A stretch of DNA of 64,000 nt, taken from NCBI GenBank assembly GCA_009914755.4, contig CP086569.2, forward strand, positions 6,016,001-6,080,000, in the 5' to 3' direction. Of this stretch, positions 54,833-64,000 are shown piece by piece. Numbering within the stretch: the first letter of the stretch is position 1; every line of letters starts with the position of its first letter. Under the pieces are notes generated by a model. The model saw only the letters and a program-made list of their open reading frames with translations. It did no database searches and was not told the DNA's origin. Position numbers and translations under genes: made by a program. Source of the DNA: the human T2T-CHM13v2.0 reference genome, Homo sapiens.

Positions 54833-57400
54833 GTGAAGTTGGGAGACCACTTTCACCCCTCACCAGATTGTATCCTCACCCCATCTGACCTTATTTCTGC
54901 TCACAATCTATGTCCCCGAATGAAATCCAAGATGATGGACAAGATCTTCCTCATGACATGAAGCATCTGCTCAGCTGGAGACTGAATTTGATGTAAATTC
55001 AAGGGGCCATGCACACAGGTCTGTGAGTGTCACTTTCTGGTTTGGACTCAGGTCAATAAAACACTGGGAGATCTCTTTTTTTTGGTGTGGTATGCTCATC
55101 TTCTTTCTAGAAGAGTGGCTTTTGTTGCAGGGGAGGTGATTTGGATGCTTGTGTGTCTCGGCCCACCTCCCAATTCACTGCAGATTCATGATCCACAGAC
55201 AAATAAAGAACATGAATCCCGGCAACCCAAGCCGAGCCACACAGACAGGCCACTATAAGGATAAGAGACTCAAAAATAAAAGAAATGCTGCAGTGCATTA
55301 GCCACATTCCTTTAAGCAGACTCCACTTACAGGCACGCAAACACACACACAAATACACAATGCCACACCTACCCACAAAGACAACCAACACTTGCAACAT
55401 TCCCACGGAAACTCACTGCCTGGCAGCTACTGAGGCTGTGTGGCTCATCAGAAATCCCCACCTGGGAGAGAGCAACCCCGGGTAACACATGCATGTTGTA
55501 CCTAGAAATCACATTGGGACAGGTTTCTAAAAGACTCACCCCTACAACCTCTAGGCAGGCCTGAGGAATCCTTCCAAATCCTTTTGGATCCCTAGGCAGT
55601 TTGCCATTTATTCCTGGGGCTCTTCTTGACCTTTCCTCAGTCTGGCTCTCATCTGCCCTTTTCTAGGACTATCCTGTGAATCCCACAGAGAAGACAGGTG
55701 TGGTTCCAATGCCGGTGCACCTCCAGGGAATTCTCCTTTTCTACCAAGCTCCAGGCCTTCTGCCATGATCATGAGACTATTTGTGGATTTCACAGAGAAG
55801 ATAGGTGAGAGTGTACCACTGACACACCTCCACAGAGGTCTCCGTCTCCAGCAAGAGGCAGGGACTTGTCACTAGGCAATGGTGACCTTTTTTGTAACTT
55901 TTGCCGAAGCTCACAATCAGCCCTGATACCTTGAGACTAGCACATGTGCATTCATGAGGGTGGCTCAGGCGCCTGACTGTTGGAGCTGTCAGCTTGCCTA
56001 AGCAGAGGAAAATAGTACAAGCAGAGATGGCCTGGTATCAGGACAAAGTCTGCCTGCGAAAACCAACGGCTGGACTGTAAAATTTGCAAAGTCAGGGCCC
56101 CTTCAGTTCATCTCCATGATTGGTTCCCGCTGGAGAAGAAGGCATTTCAAGATGGTGACATGGTCTCTGGAAACTGCTCTTCAGACTCCATTTCTGAAAA
56201 AGTCTATGTGCAAGTATCGGGTTTCATGGGGATTGGAGTATAGTCTGGTGAGTTGTTGAGGATTCTTTGGGTGATACAATCATACCTGAGACCCCAAAGG
56301 TGGGTGTCAGAGAAAGATGGCCGGTCTCTTGGCCTCACTGCCTCCCTTTATTTTGGACCTCGCAGGAGCTCTCTGGGAAAGGCAGCAACCTCAAAAAGGC
56401 AAGTCCAAGAAGGAGCAGTGTTCTCACATCGTGGACTGTCTTCTCACAGGTGCAGATGAGGTTGAGACAGTGTCTCCAAGGCTGTCTGTGGCCATGGCAA
56501 ACCTGAAAAGTGTCAAGTACTGCTGTTGATGGGCACTATGCATACCTTATGAAAGCAAAGAAAAATCAATGCTCACCTGAAAGAACAATCTGCCTTGTGC
56601 TGCAGTCCAAGCAATGTTCAAAGATTCCTGTCAGAGGACCGAAAAGCCTCCTGTAAAGTGCAAACAACCTCAGCCCCCACGTTGACACCATGGCTCACAA
56701 CCTGGATTTTGGTGAGCCTACCCAAAGTGTCTTTTGCTCCCTGAAATCCCTGGCAGCCAAAAGATCTGTGATGAGAGGTAGTACCATCCAGCAACAGTCC
56801 AGTGAAAGATCCCTTCCACAATGAGAAACGACATGCAGATGAAATGGAACAGTGCCTAGAATGCCAGCCAAAAGTGAGATATGACTGCCTGCTTCTCACC
56901 CCAGAGATCTTGCAGCCCCTGATAGAAGTGGTAGAACAAGAGTTTCCTTAATGGCAGCTGTAACAGGAAATCATGGTTTTAAAAGTATCACAGCTGCCAA
57001 GTAATTAAAATGTGACATTGTTAATATGAAATACGCACACAATGGATTCTCATAAGGGTCATAATCACTGTATGGGGAAATGTTTAGTGTCGAAGACGTT
57101 GAGCCAGACCCAGGAAACCCTAGGCTGATGAGGAGCATGGAAGTCAGGAAAAAAAGAGGCAAGTGTAGACGCCACATCCCAGCCAGGATAAATTCATGGT
57201 ACTCCCATTTGGCTTTAGTATGAAAGCCCTTAAATTGGCAGTTTGCAGGATGGCTTCAGTTTGCACTCCAAATGTTCCCTGCACCTTGTAGTACTCCCAC
57301 CTGAACACCGGGCCATGGTGTGGACTACTGTGTCATTAAGGGAATGCAGGGATGCAGTGTGAAGCACTTTCTGTCTTCTGTCTTCACCTTTTTTGCATGT
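54833..57400 (+). repeat. array unit 20 (2568 bp; ~115-bp internal tandem duplication at 55640-55870)
   Basis: Module A 54833-54992, module B 55131-55259. Confidence 0.85.
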
Positions 57401-60166
<2,766 letters not shown>

Positions 60167-60910
60167 GGTGAAGGTGTGGGACCCCATCCACCCTTCACCA
60201 GATTGCATCCTCACCCGCATCTTACCTTATTGCTGCTCAAACTCTGTGTCCCAGAATGAAATCCCAGGATGATGGAGGATTGCCCCCTCACAACGTGAAG
60301 CAGCTGCTCAGCTGGAAACTGAATTCAAGGTTAATTCAAGGAGCTCTGCAACATGACTGGTAGTGTTGATTTTTGGGTTGACTTCAGGACAATAAAACAT
60401 TCTCCAGGAATCATGCAGCTTTTCTATAGAAGTGAGAGAACAAGAGTTTCCTTGTTTGTGGCTGTTGCATGAATTTACAGTTTTAAAAGTATCACAGCTG
60501 CCCAGTCATTAAAACATGGCAGTGTTTAGGGGGAAATACTCACACAATAGAATCCCATGAGGATCATTTTCCATGAACTGGGGAATGTTGAGTTTAGAAG
60601 ACGTTGAGCCAGACCAAGGAAACTACGCCAATGACGAACAAAGAAGTCAGGAAAAGATGAGGCAATTGTGGAAGCTGCATCCCACCCAGTATCAATCCAT
60701 CCCACTCACATTTGGCTCTGCGTTTGAAAGCCCTCAAATTGAGAGTTTGCCAGGATGGCCCCAGTTTGCACTCCAAATGTTCCCTGTGTGTTAGAGTACT
60801 CCCACATGAAAATGGGGCCATAGTGTGGACAGCTTGTGATATTAAGGGAATACAAGGACAAGGATATAGTTGGAAATAACTTCTTTGTCATTTGTCTTCA
60901 CCTTTTTTCA
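60167..60910 (+). repeat. array unit 22 (744 bp remnant; ~1.9-kb deletion)
   Basis: Module A 60167-60329; the A-B spacer then joins directly to the unit tail (gacaataaaacat|tctccaggaatcatgcag). Confidence 0.8.
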
Positions 60911-63385
60911 GGTGAAGGTGTAGGACCCCATCCACCCCTCACCAGATTGTATCCTCACCCCTATCTGACCTCACTGCTGCTCACACTCTCTGACCCAAAG
61001 TGAAACCCCAAGACAATGGATTAGTGCCTCCGTACAAGGTGAAGCACCTACTCAGGTGGGAATCAAATTTGAGGTAAATTCAAGGGGCCCTGTGAACAGT
61101 GCTACTGTCTATCACTGGGTTGGCTGCAGGATTAAAACACACTGGAAGATGTCTGTTCTTGAATGTGGTGTGCTCCTCTTCTTTGTAGAAGAGAGACTGT
61201 TTTTACAGGGAAAGGTGATTTGGACCTCTGCCAGCATCCCAATTCACAATAGATTCATTATCTACAGAAAAATAGAGAACATTGAGCCCTGCAGCCAAAA
61301 CAGTGACACCAACAGGCCACCAAAATGTTAGGAGACTTGAAAAATGAAGTGCCACAGTGCGTTAGCCAGATTTTTTTTAAGCAGACTCCATGTACAGGCA
61401 CACACACACAAACAAAAAAACACCGAAAGCCACACACACACAAGCAGACATCCAGCACTCCCAATGCTCCCATAGCAACACTCAGCCCTGCAGCTTCTGG
61501 GTTGTGTGGTTCTGCAGGAAGCTCCACCTGGGAGAGGGCAGCCATGGGGAAAACAGGCTCTACATAGAAATCAGAGTAGGGCAAGTTTCCAAAAGACTCA
61601 CCCCTACAACGTCTAGGCAGGCCTAAGGCATTCTGCAGATATTTTTGGATCCTTAGGGATTTCAGGGCTTATTCCTGGCTCTGATTGATGTTTTTTTTTC
61701 AGTTTGGTTCACCTCTGCCCTCTCCTGGGATCATGGGACTATACTGTGAATCCCACAGAGATGGCAGGCGAAATTCCAACACCAATACCCACCCCCCGCC
61801 CCCACGAAATTCTCCTTTTCCGCCAAGCCATAGGGACTTGTCAGTAGTCAATGGTGGCATTGACTGTGACGCTAGCCATAGTGCACATCTCATGCCTGGT
61901 GCCCTGATACTAGCACATATCCCTTCATGAGGCAGGTTGTTGTGCCTGGCTCTAGGAGATGTCAGCCTGCCTAAACAGAGGAAAATGGTACAGACAGAGC
62001 TGATCTGGTGTCAGAAATAATGCTGCCTGTGATAATTCACTGTGGGACTCTAAACTTTTGAGCTTAGGGCATCTTTGGGCCATCTCTGGGTCGTTCCCTC
62101 TGGAGGAGGAGACATTTTGATACTGTGAGGTAGTCGCTGGAAAGTGCCCTTCTGACTCCATTCTTAAAAAAGGCTGTGTGCAGGAATCGTGTCCCATGGG
62201 TATTGAAATATAGTCTGGGGAATTGTTGAGAGGTCTTTGCATGATGGAATCATACCTGAGACCCCAGAGGCAGATGTCAGTGACAGACTACCAGGGCCTT
62301 GGCCTCACTGCCTCCCTTCATTTTGGGCCTCACAAGGTCTCTCTGGGAAAGGTAGGAACCACGACAAAGACAAATCCAGTGTGGAGCAGTGTTCTCACAC
62401 ATCGCACTGGCCTTTCATAGGTGCAGATGATGTTGGGACAGTGTCTCAAAGGTTGTCTGTGGTGATTGTAAGCCTGTAAAGAATGTCTATTAGCACTGTT
62501 GAGGAGAACTGTGGACCCCCCATGAAATGAAAGAAAAATCAAGACTCCCCTGATTGAATGAGGTTACTTGCCCTGGCATCCAGGCAATGTTCAAATATTC
62601 CTGTCAGAGAACCCAAAGCCTTCTACAAAGTGAAAACCACCTGAGCCTCCACAATGAGAAAACAACCCACAACCTGGAGTGTAGCCAGCCTACCTGAAGT
62701 TTCTATTTTTCCCTGTAATCCCTGGCAACCAATAGATCTTTGGCAAGAGGCACTCCCACCCAGCTATAGCACAGTGAAAGAAACCCTCCACAATGAGAAA
62801 GGATGGGCAGATCTAATAAAACAGATCCTAGATTACCAGAAAAAGCCACACAGGGCTGCCTCCTTCTCATCCTACAGGAATCATGCAGCTCTCCGATAGA
62901 AGTGGGAGAAACAGAGTTTCCTTCTTGGCCACTGGAATGTGAATTTATTGTTTTAAAATTATCACAGCTGCCCAGACATTAAACTGAGACAGTGCTTAGA
63001 AAGAAATAATCACACAATGGATCCCCATGAGATCATCCTTGTGAAGTGGAAATGCTTGTTATGGAAAACTTAGATCCAGACCCAGGAAACCTTAGGTCGA
63101 TGAGGAACATGGAAGTCAGAATGCAAAGATGAAAGTGTGGAGGCCACATGCCACCAGCATCAATCCCTCCCAGTCCCATTTGGTTCTGGGTATGAAAGCC
63201 CTCAAATATGGAGTTAGCCAACTTGGCCCCAGTTTGTACTCCAAATGTCCCCTGCACGTTGGAGTACTCCCGCGTGAACACAGGGCCATGGTATGTGCGG
63301 CTTGTGCAACTAAGAGAATGCTGGGATGCAGTTGGAAGCAACTTCTGTGTTATCTGTCTTCTTTTTTTTTTTTCTTTTTTTGCAG
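60911..63385 (+). repeat. array unit 23 (2475 bp)
   Basis: Module A 60911-61073, module B 61209-61326. Confidence 0.85.
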
Positions 63386-64000
63386 GTGAAGGTACAGCAT
63401 GGCATCCACCCCTCACCAGAGGGGTATCCCCACCCCTATCTGACCTTATTACCTTATTGCTGTTCAAAGTCTCTATCCCAGACTGAAATCCCAAGACAAT
63501 GGAGAAGTTCCCCCTGATGATGTGAAGCACCAACTCCTCTGGGAATCAAATTCGAGGTAAATTTAATAGGCCCGGTAGAGATGAATGATAGTGTCTCTCC
63601 TTGGATTGGCTGAAAGACAATTAAACACTGGTATATTTCTGTTCTTGGTTGTGGTGTTCTTCTGTTCTTTCTAGAAGAGTGGCTTTTTTGGCAAAGGAAG
63701 GTGATTTGGACAGTGGTGTTTCTCAGCCAGCTTGCCAATTCACTGCAGATTCATGATCCTCAGAAAAATAAAGAATATGGATCCCAGCAGCCCAAGTAGA
63801 CCCACACATACAGGCCACTACAATGTTTGGAGACTCAAAAAAAAAAAAAGAAAAAAGAATCACTGCAGTGCATTAGCCACATTCCTTTAAGCAGACTCCA
63901 CTTAACAGGCACACACACACTCAATCACACATACACACTACCACATACATGCAGATTTCCAACATTTGCAACACTCTCACAAAAACACACAGCCCAGCAG
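63386..64000 (+). repeat. array unit 24 (partial; window ends inside the (CA)n module)
   Basis: Module A 63386-63556, module B ~63695-63830. Confidence 0.85.

Overview
Primate (probably human-like) nuclear DNA, recognised by Alu elements, L1 and a gammaretrovirus-like ERV; no bacterial-type features. The window has three parts. (i) 1-5640: AT-rich single-copy flank with a (TTTC)n microsatellite, two antisense Alus, an old Alu, (GACA)n and (TA)n tracts, and no convincing gene. (ii) 5640-7559: an inverted partial copy of a ~2.47-kb repeat unit. (iii) 7560-64000 (runs off the window end): a head-to-tail tandem array of about 24 copies of the same ~2.47-kb unit, with copies roughly 15-25% diverged (by eye). 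Each unit carries the same internal landmarks: a long low-stop segment with a recurrent ORF starting MNWEMFSVEV..., a ~161-bp exon-like module A (polypyrimidine tract + AG in front, GTAAAT behind), a ~130-bp exon-like module B (AG in front, GTTGG behind), a conserved linker GCATTAGCCACATTCCTTTAAGCAGACTCCACTTACAG followed by a variable (CA)n microsatellite, then ~1.3 kb of mid-unit sequence. Single units are interrupted by a twin-primed L1 with a nested Alu (30752-31795), a 5'-truncated gammaretrovirus-like ERV with degenerate gag-pro-pol, an env start and a 3' LTR (37588-42052, with loss of ~2 kb of array), and an AluY (59406-59703). Several units carry private deletions and sub-duplications. 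I cannot assign the unit to a named satellite, macrosatellite or gene family from memory. No reading frame stays open across modules A and B, so they are not currently protein-coding; the array is best described as an old, non-homogenised macrosatellite-like array of a degenerated multi-exon unit (pseudogene or lncRNA-like). All coordinates are approximate to a few bp.
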